A stretch of DNA of 64,000 nt, taken from positions 192,001-256,000 of the forward strand of contig CAVYXJ010000010.1 of NCBI GenBank assembly GCA_963772455.1, given 5' to 3'. The notes below the pieces were generated by a model. That model was given only the letters and a program-made list of their open reading frames with translations. It did not search any database and was not told the origin of the DNA. Each line of letters opens with the position of its first letter. The stretch's first letter is position 1. This DNA comes from Candidatus Bathyarchaeota archaeon. Lineage in GTDB: Archaea; Thermoproteota; Bathyarchaeia; Bathyarchaeales; Bathycorpusculaceae. Shown here one piece after another: positions 54,626 through 64,000 of the stretch. The position numbers and the translations under genes were made by a program.

Positions 54626-55663
54626 TTAGGACTCGATAGAAGAATCAAACCAGTGTTTAGGCGTAAGTTCGTTTTCTAACAATGAAGGGAATAGGTTGAG
54701 AGGCCATCCTGGGAGCATCGGTGTTAAGAAAATATCGGTTTTTTCTAGACCAAAAATTTTCCTGATTTTTTTCTTTGCCTCAAACATTTTATCAAAATCC
54801 TCAACCACAATTGCAACGTACAAGTCGTAAGTGCCGATGAGTCTTATGATTACGATAACGTTTGGTATCTGGAGTAAATGGCCGTAAATCTCTGCCATCT
54901 TACTTCTGTTCGAGACTTTTATGTAAAAGTTAGCGATCGCATTGTATCCGAGCTTACTCAGGTTAAGTGTAACTGCGGAAAGTGTAATCAAATTCTGTCT
55001 TAGTTTTTTGTATCTTTGAATTACTGTTTTAGTTGATACGCCGAGCTGTTGGGCAATTTTCCTAAATGGTGTTCTGGCTTTTTGGCAAAGTACCAATGCG
55101 ATTTTTCTATCAATTTCATCAATTTCTAAAGGTGCTTGGTCTAGATTGACCAAAGCAGGTCTTTGAATGCTCTTGATTTCGTTTTGAAGTTTAAGCGGAT
55201 TAATGATTAGGTTTTGAGGAAATTCAATATTTATTGCTTCAGCCCAAATTAAAGCATCAACGTGCTCGATTTTATGGTTTGATTCTAAATCCTCAATGAT
55301 TCCTGATAACTTGTTTAGATCTCTCAAAGCTACTTTTCCAAAGAAATTATATTTTCCAAAATGGCTAACCACTTGAGAAATGTATGGCTTACTGTCAAGG
55401 TATTTTATAACTTCATTTTCGTTTTCAGTATCAGTTATAATTCCTAGATCTATAATATGCCTATAACCAAGGCAATGGGGATTAACAAGCATTACCTCCC
55501 CCGTTATTACGCCTTCTCTGGATAAGCGTTTATATCGCATTCGAACTGCTCCAACAGTGATTTTGCATTCGGCAGCTATGTCTGTAAAACTTGTTCGGGC
55601 TTCAAGTAGGAGCATCTTTAATATTTTAGCATCTATTTCATCGATTTTTGTTGAGTTGCGCAA
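54626..55663 (-). CDS. Tandem (double) Lrp/AsnC-family transcriptional regulator
   Basis: Two IDEIDxKI...ART.F..IA HTH modules, each followed by an AsnC ligand domain (GKYN, GTYDL). Confidence 0.85.
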   Translation of the reverse strand: MRNSTKIDEIDAKILKMLLLEARTSFTDIAAECKITVGAVRMRYKRLSREGVITGEVMLVNPHCLGYRHIIDLGIITDTENENEVIKYLDSKPYISQVVSHFGKYNFFGKVALRDLNKLSGIIEDLESNHKIEHVDALIWAEAINIEFPQNLIINPLKLQNEIKSIQRPALVNLDQAPLEIDEIDRKIALVLCQKARTPFRKIAQQLGVSTKTVIQRYKKLRQNLITLSAVTLNLSKLGYNAIANFYIKVSNRSKMAEIYGHLLQIPNVIVIIRLIGTYDLYVAIVVEDFDKMFEAKKKIRKIFGLEKTDIFLTPMLPGWPLNLFPSLLENELTPKHWFDSSIES

Positions 55664-55851
55664 AGTTATTCACTTGAAAACGCTAAACATCCATATGGAC
55701 CATAAGGATTAGTAATTAAAGTTTTCTGGTACACATTCTATATTACATAAGATATTCAATATGTGTTTTGTGGAGTTTATAGCGAAAAAAAGATAAAAGC
55801 ATGTTAGCTATAGCTCGGTTATAAAATATTTATTGAATAAGGAGAATAATT

Positions 55852-56039
55852 GTGCAAACTTTTAAACGATACCAGTTGTAGCGATTGCGATATTCTTAAT
55901 CTCTTCCATAAGCGCATCCAAACTACTCATTCCAACCACTTACACACACTCCAAGTTGGAATATTGCCTTGTAAGCCTTCTTCAATGTTGCAACTAATTT
56001 GACCTACTTGCAATTCTGTTACCAAGAAAACGACCATAA
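55852..56039 (+). pseudogene. Internally deleted remnant of a third PQQ-propeller surface-protein paralog
   Basis: AAGGAGAATA SD, degenerate signal peptide (VAIAIFLISSISASKLLIPTT..H) fused to LAILLPRKRP*. The 3' flank resembles that at 52365-52415. Confidence 0.7.
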
Positions 56040-56174
56040 AAATCTAAAGTGAATAAAACCGTTGCCTCTTTTATTTTTTTATTTTAAGATCTCAAACTGA
56101 ATTTTCATACTATATATTAATTTGAAAATGCCATAACTCACACTAGAACTCTCTCTAAATGAGGCGCCAAATAT

Positions 56175-56987
56175 TTGCGAACAGATTCAGCTCTTAATGA
56201 ACAAATTCACCAAGCAAACATTGCAGTCCACCGAGTCGAAGCTCAATATTATGAATTATTGCATCCAGAAGTCTACAGTTTTCAAGAACAAAAAAGAATT
56301 ACTGCTAAATTGAAAAAAATCGATAAGCAAATTGCAACCAACCAAAGAAATGCCCTGGATGTGGGGGCTGGTACTGGCAACTTAACAGGCAAACTATTGC
56401 AAATGAATTACAACGTAATAGCGACGGATATTTCGCCAGAAATGTGTTTGATACTGAAGAAAAAATATGCTGCCTACTTGCCAGACAAGTTAACTGTAAT
56501 TAATTCGCCAATAGAAGATCTAAGTTTTAGCAAAGACCAATTTGATCTTATAACATTCTATTCTGTTCTACATCACTTGCCAAATTACCTTGAAGCTCTC
56601 AAAGGTCTCTCGATTTTCTTAAAGCAGGGAGGAATAATGTACATAGATCATGAAGCTTCGCCTTTCTACTGGAAAAACGAACCGAGCAATCTTGCGAGCA
56701 TTGTAAAAGACCTTTACTTTCATTCAAATCCAATTATCAATAGTTTATATTTCGGTCTAATCGGCTTAAAAATCCCAACAATCGATTACACTTTGTCGGA
56801 TTATTGGCATAAAAAAGAACATGCCCTAAACCAACACGCCATAATCCAGGTTTTCAAGACTGAGGGTTTTGAATTTTATAAACGAACAGATTACTACCAA
56901 CAAGCTACTTGGATTCCAAACCCACTGTATCCTATTTATCGGCTTTTGTGTAGCCCCGAAATGAGTTATTGGGTTGCAAAAAAATAA
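56175..56987 (+). CDS. Class I SAM-dependent methyltransferase
   Basis: ALDVGAGTG, TDISPEM and FDLITFYSVLHH. Confidence 0.85.
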   Translation: MRTDSALNEQIHQANIAVHRVEAQYYELLHPEVYSFQEQKRITAKLKKIDKQIATNQRNALDVGAGTGNLTGKLLQMNYNVIATDISPEMCLILKKKYAAYLPDKLTVINSPIEDLSFSKDQFDLITFYSVLHHLPNYLEALKGLSIFLKQGGIMYIDHEASPFYWKNEPSNLASIVKDLYFHSNPIINSLYFGLIGLKIPTIDYTLSDYWHKKEHALNQHAIIQVFKTEGFEFYKRTDYYQQATWIPNPLYPIYRLLCSPEMSYWVAKK

Positions 56988-57133
56988 TTCGCCTTTCGGC
57001 TCGTATTATAAATAACCAATTCTTATTTTTCGCTTTCAATCATTATTTGTTAAATCAATTTTTGGCATTTAGAACAAGCTCCGAACGTGAGCGAATTTAA
57101 ATATGCAAGTATTCTTGTGCATTTCAATAGAAG

Positions 57134-58408
57134 GTGGAGTCGTTGGCGTTAGACCCTGTACTTAGAGCAATAGTGACGATTTGCATCTTGGTTTTCTCAG
57201 CAAAAGTGCTCGGAGAAATTTTCTCTTGGAGAAAAATCCCATCCGTTTTAGGAGAATTAACCGCTGGAATCATTCTGGGTCCTTTCGCTTTAGGTTCCAT
57301 AATAGCGATAAATGGAACATCGATAATTCAAATCAATGAAATTGTTTTGGCATTCGGGGAAATAGGCGGCATCCTTATCCTTTTTATTGCTGGCTTGGAG
57401 ATGACTTTTAGAGATTTTCGAAAGGTCGGCACAGCCGGGTTTGTTATCGGGACAGTAGGCGTAATTATTCCCTTCATTATGGGTTATGGGCTTTCATTTG
57501 CTCTTGGGTTAGGAACAATAACTGGTTTAGTGGTTGGAGCCGCACTTGTAGCTACGAGCATTTCTATTACGGCTCTGGTATTACAGGAACTTAACCGAAG
57601 TCGAAACATCGAATCAAGAATGATGATTAGTGCTGGTGTTATCGATGACGTGTTGGGGTTGGCAATTTTAGGCGTAATTATCTCATTTCTTTCCACCTCA
57701 ACCGCAATTACTCCATTAAACGTCATTGTGGTAATTTTTACGTCACTTGGATTATGGCTTACATTGACAGTTTTCGCAGCATTTGCTCTTCCCAAAATAA
57801 TTAATTTTTTCTCAAAAGGTTCAGAAGCAACCACAGAGGCAGCAGCTACAGCATCATGTTTCGGAGCTTCTGCGCTAGCAGCTGTTTTGGGGTTATCACC
57901 AATTGTGGGTGCTTTTGCTGCTGGCATGGCTGTTGCGAGTTCTCATACAATTGAGAAGATCCGGGATTACACCAAGAAGATAAGCGTTATTTTTTCACCT
58001 GTTTTCTTCGGTTTGGCTGGAGCACAGCTTGACCTTAGGAGCTTTGTTACTTCCGACTGGTTCTTCTATGTCTTTTTTGTATCCCTCGTAATTGTAGCGG
58101 TCGTTAGCAAATTGGTCGGATGCGGTTTGCCTGCTGTCTTCTTTTTGAAAAGCCGTTCTAAAGGTCTCAAAGTAGGCTATGGAATGATTTCACGAGGAGA
58201 AGTAGGGTTAATTGTGGCTGGAGTTGCCATCTCTGCAGGAGCTATCACACAAAGTACTTACGCGGCAATTTTGGGAATGATTATGATAACGACTATTTTG
58301 GCTCCACTTCTTCTAAAAAGAGCCTATGATAAAGACGAATTTGAAGAACTACCGCCAGCTGGTGAAGATGACAACGCTCCTGATTATATACCGACCTATC
58401 CCCTTTAA
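57134..58408 (+). CDS. Cation:proton antiporter (CPA2/NapA type)
   Basis: VLGELTAGIILGP, ATSISIT, VIDDVLGL, FSPVFF and MISRGEVGLI. Confidence 0.9.
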   Translation: MESLALDPVLRAIVTICILVFSAKVLGEIFSWRKIPSVLGELTAGIILGPFALGSIIAINGTSIIQINEIVLAFGEIGGILILFIAGLEMTFRDFRKVGTAGFVIGTVGVIIPFIMGYGLSFALGLGTITGLVVGAALVATSISITALVLQELNRSRNIESRMMISAGVIDDVLGLAILGVIISFLSTSTAITPLNVIVVIFTSLGLWLTLTVFAAFALPKIINFFSKGSEATTEAAATASCFGASALAAVLGLSPIVGAFAAGMAVASSHTIEKIRDYTKKISVIFSPVFFGLAGAQLDLRSFVTSDWFFYVFFVSLVIVAVVSKLVGCGLPAVFFLKSRSKGLKVGYGMISRGEVGLIVAGVAISAGAITQSTYAAILGMIMITTILAPLLLKRAYDKDEFEELPPAGEDDNAPDYIPTYPL

Positions 58409-58618
58409 CAATGCTATGTCAAAGAGATAATTCAGGATAAAATACAATTTTAGAAGAAAAAATAACCAGCGAAACTATAAAATCAACAAGTCCTTGTCTC
58501 TTTAGAGAGGGTTTTTTCGTCATCTATTCCGTAAAACTGAATAATATCCAAATTATCGGTTTTGAGTGGAGCGATTTTTTTTATCATTGAAATAGTTTTC
58601 GTCGAAGAACAATTCCTC

Positions 58619-60046
58619 TTAAGCAACTCCTGTTCTCTTCCTCGTTCCGCCCATGATCCTGCGTTTTGCGAAGTTCACTGCGCCTTCACGGCGGATTCTT
58701 TTTAGTATCTGTTTGGGAGTCATGTGGAATTCTTTGAAGAATCGACGTTGTACCATCATGAGTGAGTCATAGTCGAACTCGTCGGTTTTTACGCTTAGCA
58801 AGAACTCATCCAACTTCACATAATTGCCCTTTTCTAGCAATTCGTTGTAGAGTCTACTGTCGGGGTAAGCGATGAAGGTATTGAATTGGCACCAGTCAGG
58901 GTTAAGTTTCTTGGCAAATTTGAGCGAGTCTTCCATGTCTTTTAGCGTCTCGTCGGGTAAGCCTATCATGAAGGAGCATGCTGTTTTTATCCCATTTTTT
59001 CTGCAGAGTTTAAACGCGTTTTCTACTTCTTGAGGTGTAGTATTTCTGCCGATTCGTTGGAGAATTTTTTGTGACGCAGATTCGACGCCAAACCAAATGG
59101 TCTTGCAACCTGCCTTACTCATCAACGATAAAAGATCGTTGTTAACAAGGTCCACGCGGGTATCGCAAACCCATTCTAAATCCAACTTGTTCTCAAGCAT
59201 CAAATTACAGAGTTCAGCAGTTTCTTTTTTTCGCAAAGTAAAGTTGTCGTTAATAAAATAGATTCCTTTCGTTCCATATTTGCTCTGTAGGTCTTGGATT
59301 TCTCCAATAACTCTTTGCGGACTGAAACATCTGCACATATTCCCCCATAACTTACGGGTTTCACAGAATCCACAATTATAGACGCATCCCCTTGAAATGC
59401 TCATTACATCGGCGGGTTTAGCATCCAAATACTCGATTGTTCGATCGTAGAGCTCAAGCGGCAATAGGTGCCTCGCTGGATACGGGATTTCATCCATATT
59501 CTCGATGAACTTGGGCGGGTTCTTGATGTTTTCACCATTACGCTTGACTGCAACGCCCGAGATAGCTGCGGAGGCTTTTTCGTTGCCACTCATTATTGTG
59601 GTTGCTAGTTCGGTAATTGCACGTTCACCCTCACCCATGACGACATAGTCAATTTCGGGGTTACTCAGCAAGCTATCAGGCATGTAAGAGGCGTGCCATC
59701 CCCCCACAACAATCTTGCAGTCAGCTTTTGCCTGTTTGATAGCCTTGGATGTTTCTACGCATCTTGGATAAGTAGCTGAACCGCAGGTTATTCCCACGAT
59801 TCCAGGGTTAATCTGCGTAATTAACTGCTTGATCTCTTCGGTTGATTTTTTCATAAGGTAGTTGTCGAGCATCTGCACTTTGAAGCCTGCTTTTTCTAGT
59901 GCTGCGGCCACGTACATTAATCCGATTGGAGGCAACCGTTTGCCAAGGTACCATGCACCGTTTTCAGGCGGAGCAGTGGTCATGAGCAGGACAGTGTTGT
60001 TTTCGGGTTTGGGTTTAGAATCTTTGGTTATTGGCTTGACGGGCAC
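58619..60046 (-). CDS. Cobalamin-dependent radical SAM enzyme (class B) #7
   Basis: PPIGLMYVAA, GGWHAS, SRGCVYNCGFC, NDNFT and GVESAS. Confidence 0.9.
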   Translation of the reverse strand: MPVKPITKDSKPKPENNTVLLMTTAPPENGAWYLGKRLPPIGLMYVAAALEKAGFKVQMLDNYLMKKSTEEIKQLITQINPGIVGITCGSATYPRCVETSKAIKQAKADCKIVVGGWHASYMPDSLLSNPEIDYVVMGEGERAITELATTIMSGNEKASAAISGVAVKRNGENIKNPPKFIENMDEIPYPARHLLPLELYDRTIEYLDAKPADVMSISRGCVYNCGFCETRKLWGNMCRCFSPQRVIGEIQDLQSKYGTKGIYFINDNFTLRKKETAELCNLMLENKLDLEWVCDTRVDLVNNDLLSLMSKAGCKTIWFGVESASQKILQRIGRNTTPQEVENAFKLCRKNGIKTACSFMIGLPDETLKDMEDSLKFAKKLNPDWCQFNTFIAYPDSRLYNELLEKGNYVKLDEFLLSVKTDEFDYDSLMMVQRRFFKEFHMTPKQILKRIRREGAVNFAKRRIMGGTRKRTGVA

Positions 60047-60383
60047 GGTTTTGCCTCTGTGGACGGGTGTGTTGTTCCTTTTGATGATTTGCGCTGTTTA
60101 TAGCTTTAACGGAACACTGCTATGCAGCTAGGTTTTATTGTGGTTTGCAAGTTTTGGGTCTGAAATAATCAATTCAACTTCAACATGCTAATGCCCAAAC
60201 AATCTCCAATGCTGACCTACCCCTAAATAGTTGGAATATAGTTTTTATTGCAAAAGCCAGAGGGTAATTCACTTAGAAACATTGTTGTTATCTATCCGTG
60301 CCTTATCCAAAGTCAAGTAAAATGCTTTTTCTAATTTTGTTTTAATTTATGTTTGTACATCATGTCTGTTAGAGTCGTATAAA

Positions 60384-60602
60384 ATGGTTAAAACTATCGC
60401 TATTAGTGATGAAGTTTACCAAAAGTTAATCATAATGAAAAGAGAGGACGAAAGCTTCAGTGAACTTTTTGACCGACTTGCTAAATGCCCGAATTCGCAT
60501 CAAGTTTTAACCAAGCTACGACTTTCAGTCGTATTAGAAAAAGAACAAAAAGATAAGATTCTAACTGAAATATCAAAGAAACGGTCTGAACGCAGAAGAT
60601 AA
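60384..60602 (+). CDS. vapB: Archaeal VapB-type antitoxin (DUF217-like)
   Basis: MVKTIAISDEVYQKL..MKREDESFSELFDRL pattern. Confidence 0.8.
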   Translation: MVKTIAISDEVYQKLIIMKREDESFSELFDRLAKCPNSHQVLTKLRLSVVLEKEQKDKILTEISKKRSERRR

Positions 60603-60787
60603 TTACTAGAAACGATGCAATCTGTTCAAGTAAGCTTAAGTTGGAGGCGGAAAAAACTGGCATCTCCATCGGTAGAATCGATACTATGGTCGCAGCAATT
60701 GCAATAAATAACAATGCTTCCCTGTACATGTTCAACCTGAAACATTTTGAGTCTCTAAAAACGCAATGGCTCAAACTCTTCAAGTAA
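60599..60787 (+). pseudogene. Truncated VapC (PIN) toxin, C-terminal half only
   Basis: Reads ...EKTGISIGRIDTMVAAIAINNNASLYMFNLKHFESL...* with no N-terminal DTN motif and no proper start. Confidence 0.7.
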
Positions 60788-60802
60788 TCAGTCATTTCGT
60801 CT

Positions 60803-61924
60803 TTACTGTTTGTTAGCGGTTAAGATGGTTCTTATTTTTTCTACAAGCTGCTGGTTGTCTTTGGCTGAGCGGACTGTAACACGGAAGTAATGGTCGTCTA
60901 ATCCCATGAAGGTACAGCAGTCGCGTATTAGGATGCGCTCCTGAGCAAGTAATTCTTTGAGCATGGTGGATGTGATTTGGGAGTTTGTGATTTTTACTAA
61001 CAGAAAATTGGTTACGGATGGGTAAACGTGTAAGCCTTCGATTTCGCTCAATGCTTTGGCGAGGGTTTCGCGGTTTTTGGCGATTGTTTCTTTTGTGTTC
61101 TGTATGAATTGTTTGTCATTTATGGCTGCCATCGTCACTAGACAGGCTAAGCCGTTGATGCTCCAGGGCAACCGCATCGTCTGCAACTTGTCGATAAGGT
61201 TTCCCGAGGCAACTGCATAACCAAATCTGATTCCCGCCATCCCGTAAAACTTTGTGACAGAACGAATAACAAAGAGGTTCTCGTAATCCTTCACCATCCC
61301 AGCCAATGTATTGTCCAAGCTTTTATCGGCAAATTCGATATAATTCTCGTCTATACTGAAGATAATGTCTTTCTTGTTGCAGAATTTAACCAGATCCAAA
61401 AGTTTCTCTTTGCTGTAGAGAATACCTGACGGGCTGTGAGGGTTGCATATGCAAATGATTTTGGTGTCGTCGGTTACTGCTTTTTTGATCTTGTCTGTTT
61501 CCATCTCAAAGTTTTCTGGTAACTGAACAAACACTGGTTCCCCGCCAACCCGAAGCGTTGCCTTCTCATATTCCGAAAAGGAAGGTACAGGAATCAATGC
61601 TTTGAAGCCTCTTGGCAGAATCTCTGTAATCATGTAGATGAGTTCAATTGAGCCATTGCCCAAAAGCAGGTTTTCTTCTTCAACTCCATGACCCACGTAT
61701 TTTGCGATTTCTTCTTTGAACTCTACAGGGTTTGGGTCTGGATAATAACGAATTAATTTTGCATTCTGCTTTACGGCTTCTATAGCTTTGGGTGATGGTC
61801 CTAGAAAGTTTATGGGTCCGCTGAATTCGAGCACGTCTTCGAGGGGTATGTTATATTTTCTGCTGAAACCCCAAATGTCGCCGCCGTGGCTGACGAATCT
61901 ACGTTTTTTACATGTGCTCGACAC
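60803..61924 (-). CDS. cobD: L-threonine-O-3-phosphate decarboxylase (CobD/HisC family)
   Basis: SHGGD, FSGPINFLGPS, YPDP, GNGSIELI, RSVTKFYGMAGIRFGY and ILIRDC. Confidence 0.8.
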   Translation of the reverse strand: MSSTCKKRRFVSHGGDIWGFSRKYNIPLEDVLEFSGPINFLGPSPKAIEAVKQNAKLIRYYPDPNPVEFKEEIAKYVGHGVEEENLLLGNGSIELIYMITEILPRGFKALIPVPSFSEYEKATLRVGGEPVFVQLPENFEMETDKIKKAVTDDTKIICICNPHSPSGILYSKEKLLDLVKFCNKKDIIFSIDENYIEFADKSLDNTLAGMVKDYENLFVIRSVTKFYGMAGIRFGYAVASGNLIDKLQTMRLPWSINGLACLVTMAAINDKQFIQNTKETIAKNRETLAKALSEIEGLHVYPSVTNFLLVKITNSQITSTMLKELLAQERILIRDCCTFMGLDDHYFRVTVRSAKDNQQLVEKIRTILTANKQ

Positions 61925-62462
61925 GTTTCTCTTCCTCCATTAGTCTACCCATTTCTTTTTCGACTTGTAAGTGTGCTTTATAGTGAGCGTTATACAAGTT
62001 TACGACTTTGTACAGCCAGTACACTGACCCTACGCCCAGCGTAACTAAAGTTATTATTGCATAAGTTTTTATCGGTATTGTCTGTGGCATAAATACTCGC
62101 TCTGGTAGAGCAGAGGCGAGGAAGTCGTCTTGCTTTTGTTCATGAACCGCTAAATCTCTTGACAATAAATAAAGGATTACAAAAACTGGGATAACAAGAA
62201 TAATGCTTGCGGTCCACACCTTCGTATTCATCTCGGAAAAACGTTCACTTTCAACTGGTGGCTCCTTTCCTTTACTTTTCAGATAAGCAGATACTCGATT
62301 TTCAAACTCCGGTTCCCTTCGGAAATGTCTGTTTCTTCCATCAACCAAACGGTAAAACATCGGAAAAAAAGCTATTCCGAAAGTAACAATTGCCCCCAGA
62401 AACCACATGGAAAACCAAACCTTTCGGTCACCCACAACTTTAGAGTCCATAATGTTTTCCAT
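61908..62462 (-). CDS. Conserved membrane protein (DUF4234-like repeats)
   Basis: Repeated IVTFGI...Y / LVTLGV..YWLYK helices. Overlaps the cobD start. Confidence 0.55.
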   Translation of the reverse strand: MENIMDSKVVGDRKVWFSMWFLGAIVTFGIAFFPMFYRLVDGRNRHFRREPEFENRVSAYLKSKGKEPPVESERFSEMNTKVWTASIILVIPVFVILYLLSRDLAVHEQKQDDFLASALPERVFMPQTIPIKTYAIITLVTLGVGSVYWLYKVVNLYNAHYKAHLQVEKEMGRLMEEEKRVEHM

Positions 62463-62546
62463 TTAGGCATCAATTACCCATTCAATTGCTAACAAGGTTG
62501 GCGTAGCCAAACTTTATAAGTTCTTCCATTGGCTTCTTAAAATCAA

Positions 62547-63245
62547 ATGCGCCTAAGCAATTTGCAGCTCTCTGTAGTTATTCCTGTTTATAATGAGGAG
62601 CAAACAGTCGGCAACATCATTGAGCGCACGAAAATAGCTCTGCAGCAACAAGGCTTAGATTTTGAAATAATTGTTGTTGATGATCGGTCACATGATAGAT
62701 CCTTTGAGGTGGCAAAAAGACATAGCGTTAGGCTCTTTTCTCTGAAACAGCATTTAGGCAAAGGCTATGTTCTTCGCGCTGGGTTCGCAAAAGCAAAAGG
62801 CGACATCATAGTCACCATTGACTCAGATGGGTCCCACCGACCGGAAGAATTAGCTGAAGTTTTGGCCCCTGTTCTCCAAGATAAAGCAGATATGGTGATA
62901 GGTTCCAGATACCTAAATCATAAACGAGTTGCTGCAAGAAAACTCAACCGATTTGGTGTACGGGTCTTCAATTTCCTAATTCAACTATTTACTGGAACAG
63001 CCTGCACCGATTCCCAGTCTGGCTTCCGCGCCATGAAACGGGAAGTTGTCGACAAGCTAAAGCTCTACGCTCGCGAATATGAAATAGAATCGGAAATGCT
63101 AGTTAAGACGGCCAAAGCAGGCTTTAGGGTAGCTGAAGTGCCGATTAGCTTTGAGCAGCGCACATATGGCCGCTCAGGTGTTGATCCTTTATGGGATGGT
63201 TCAAAAATTTTATACTCAATTTGGCTTGCTCGTTTTAGGGGATAA
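62547..63245 (+). CDS. GT2 glycosyltransferase, DPM-synthase-like
   Basis: VIPVYNEE, VDD, IDSDGSH, VIGSR, TDSQSGFRA and EVPISF. Confidence 0.9.
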   Translation: MRLSNLQLSVVIPVYNEEQTVGNIIERTKIALQQQGLDFEIIVVDDRSHDRSFEVAKRHSVRLFSLKQHLGKGYVLRAGFAKAKGDIIVTIDSDGSHRPEELAEVLAPVLQDKADMVIGSRYLNHKRVAARKLNRFGVRVFNFLIQLFTGTACTDSQSGFRAMKREVVDKLKLYAREYEIESEMLVKTAKAGFRVAEVPISFEQRTYGRSGVDPLWDGSKILYSIWLARFRG

Positions 63246-63248
63246 CAA

Positions 63249-64000
63249 ATGGCTGAAGACGGAACTGTGAAAGTTTCAATCGTTGTTGCATCTTACAACA
63301 GCCAAGACACAATAGAAGAATGCCTCAAATCCATCCTATCTTTGAATTATTCCGAGGGTTTTTTTGAGATTATCGTGATGGACGGTGGTTCCAAAGATGC
63401 CACAGTCAAAATTGCAGAGAAATATCCAATCAAAGTAGTTTCTATTCGTCTCAATGCTCCAGCAGCATATAATTATGCAATGAAAATTGCTTCACATCCG
63501 ATTCTGGGCTTCATAGATGCCGACGCCAAAGTCGAAGTTGAGTGGCTAAAAAAACTTGTGCCACATCTAAGCGACCCTGATGTAGCAGGAGTCAGCGGGA
63601 GTATCGAAACCTGGAATAGCGAGAATCCTTGGGCAAGAAGTATAGGGTACGAATTGAAAAACCGTTACAAACGTATAGGAAAGTATACCGGTCGTATAGC
63701 TACAATGAACTTGCTTCTCAAAAAAGCTGTCATTGAGGAAGCGGGCGGATGGGATGAGAAACTGCCAAGCCAATATGACACTGACCTTGGATTTCGTATC
63801 AGCGCTAAAGGCTACAAAATCGCCTATGAACCCAGCGCTGTGTGCTATCATTTTAACCGCCCAACACTTAAGACCTATTATAGGCAGCAGTTGCAGTACG
63901 GAAAAAACACCCTTAAACTCTACTTCAAACATGGGCATTTAGCGAAGGGTGATGAAATCACCGATGTTGGCATGAACATCCAGCCACTTCTGTTTTTGGT
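63249..64000 (+). CDS. GT2 glycosyltransferase, 5' part; runs off the window
   Basis: Hand translation MAEDGTVKVSIVVASYNSQDTIEECLKSIL...IIVMDGGSKD...FIDAD. Confidence 0.85.
   Translation, partial: MAEDGTVKVSIVVASYNSQDTIEECLKSILSLNYSEGFFEIIVMDGGSKDATVKIAEKYPIKVVSIRLNAPAAYNYAMKIASHPILGFIDADAKVEVEWLKKLVPHLSDPDVAGVSGSIETWNSENPWARSIGYELKNRYKRIGKYTGRIATMNLLLKKAVIEEAGGWDEKLPSQYDTDLGFRISAKGYKIAYEPSAVCYHFNRPTLKTYYRQQLQYGKNTLKLYFKHGHLAKGDEITDVGMNIQPLLFL

Noticed and set aside
54626-55663. Fused AhbAB siroheme decarboxylase (Lrp/AsnC fold) to partner the SPASM enzymes
   Set aside because: It lacks the HxYxR motifs of AhbA/B and has ordinary Lrp GxYD-type motifs, so it is called a regulator.
10474-60046. 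Bacteriochlorophyll synthesis (BchE annotation of class B rSAMs)
   Set aside because: BchE is a generic label for this family, and no Mg-chelatase or other bch genes are in the window.
2366-64000. Whole region as one tRNA-anchored genomic island
   Set aside because: No integrase or att repeat was seen, and core archaeal genes (GPN GTPase, htpX, ridA, COG1058) are interspersed.
1-64000. CRISPR array, IS element or rRNA
   Set aside because: No regularly spaced repeats, transposase motifs or rRNA-like sequence were noticed on reading.

Overview
This is an AT-rich archaeal chromosome segment, most likely Bathyarchaeia. That assignment is an inference from the GPN-loop GTPase, the MtrH-family methyltransferase with a corrinoid protein, large membrane-anchored PQQ-type beta-propeller surface proteins, tandem Lrp/AsnC and winged-helix+TM regulators, and frequent TTG/GTG starts. 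The left end has divergent trehalose genes (otsA-like partial, treT), a ferredoxin, tRNA-Gly(CCC) and a decayed terminase fragment. The dominant feature is ten radical SAM genes between 10.5 and 60 kb: seven cobalamin-dependent (class B), two SPASM-type and one HemN-like. They are interspersed with cobamide-salvage genes (cbiZ, cbiB, cobD), a bacterial-type metK, an MtrH/corrinoid pair, ferredoxins, a two-gene rnfDC unit and two class I methyltransferases. Also present are an Asn-synthetase-like ligase with a nitrilase, several enzymes with degenerate active sites, and surface-glycosylation genes (two GT-C, two GT2, AT3 plus SGNH). Features read directly from the DNA and missing from the ORF track include a 44-aa C2H2 zinc-finger microprotein, an internally deleted remnant of a third surface-protein paralog, a truncated vapC, and apparent CTG/ATT starts. 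Many genes carry single-base frameshifts, mostly in short homopolymers, which probably reflect long-read errors. All functional calls come from motif recognition by eye, and no database searches were run.
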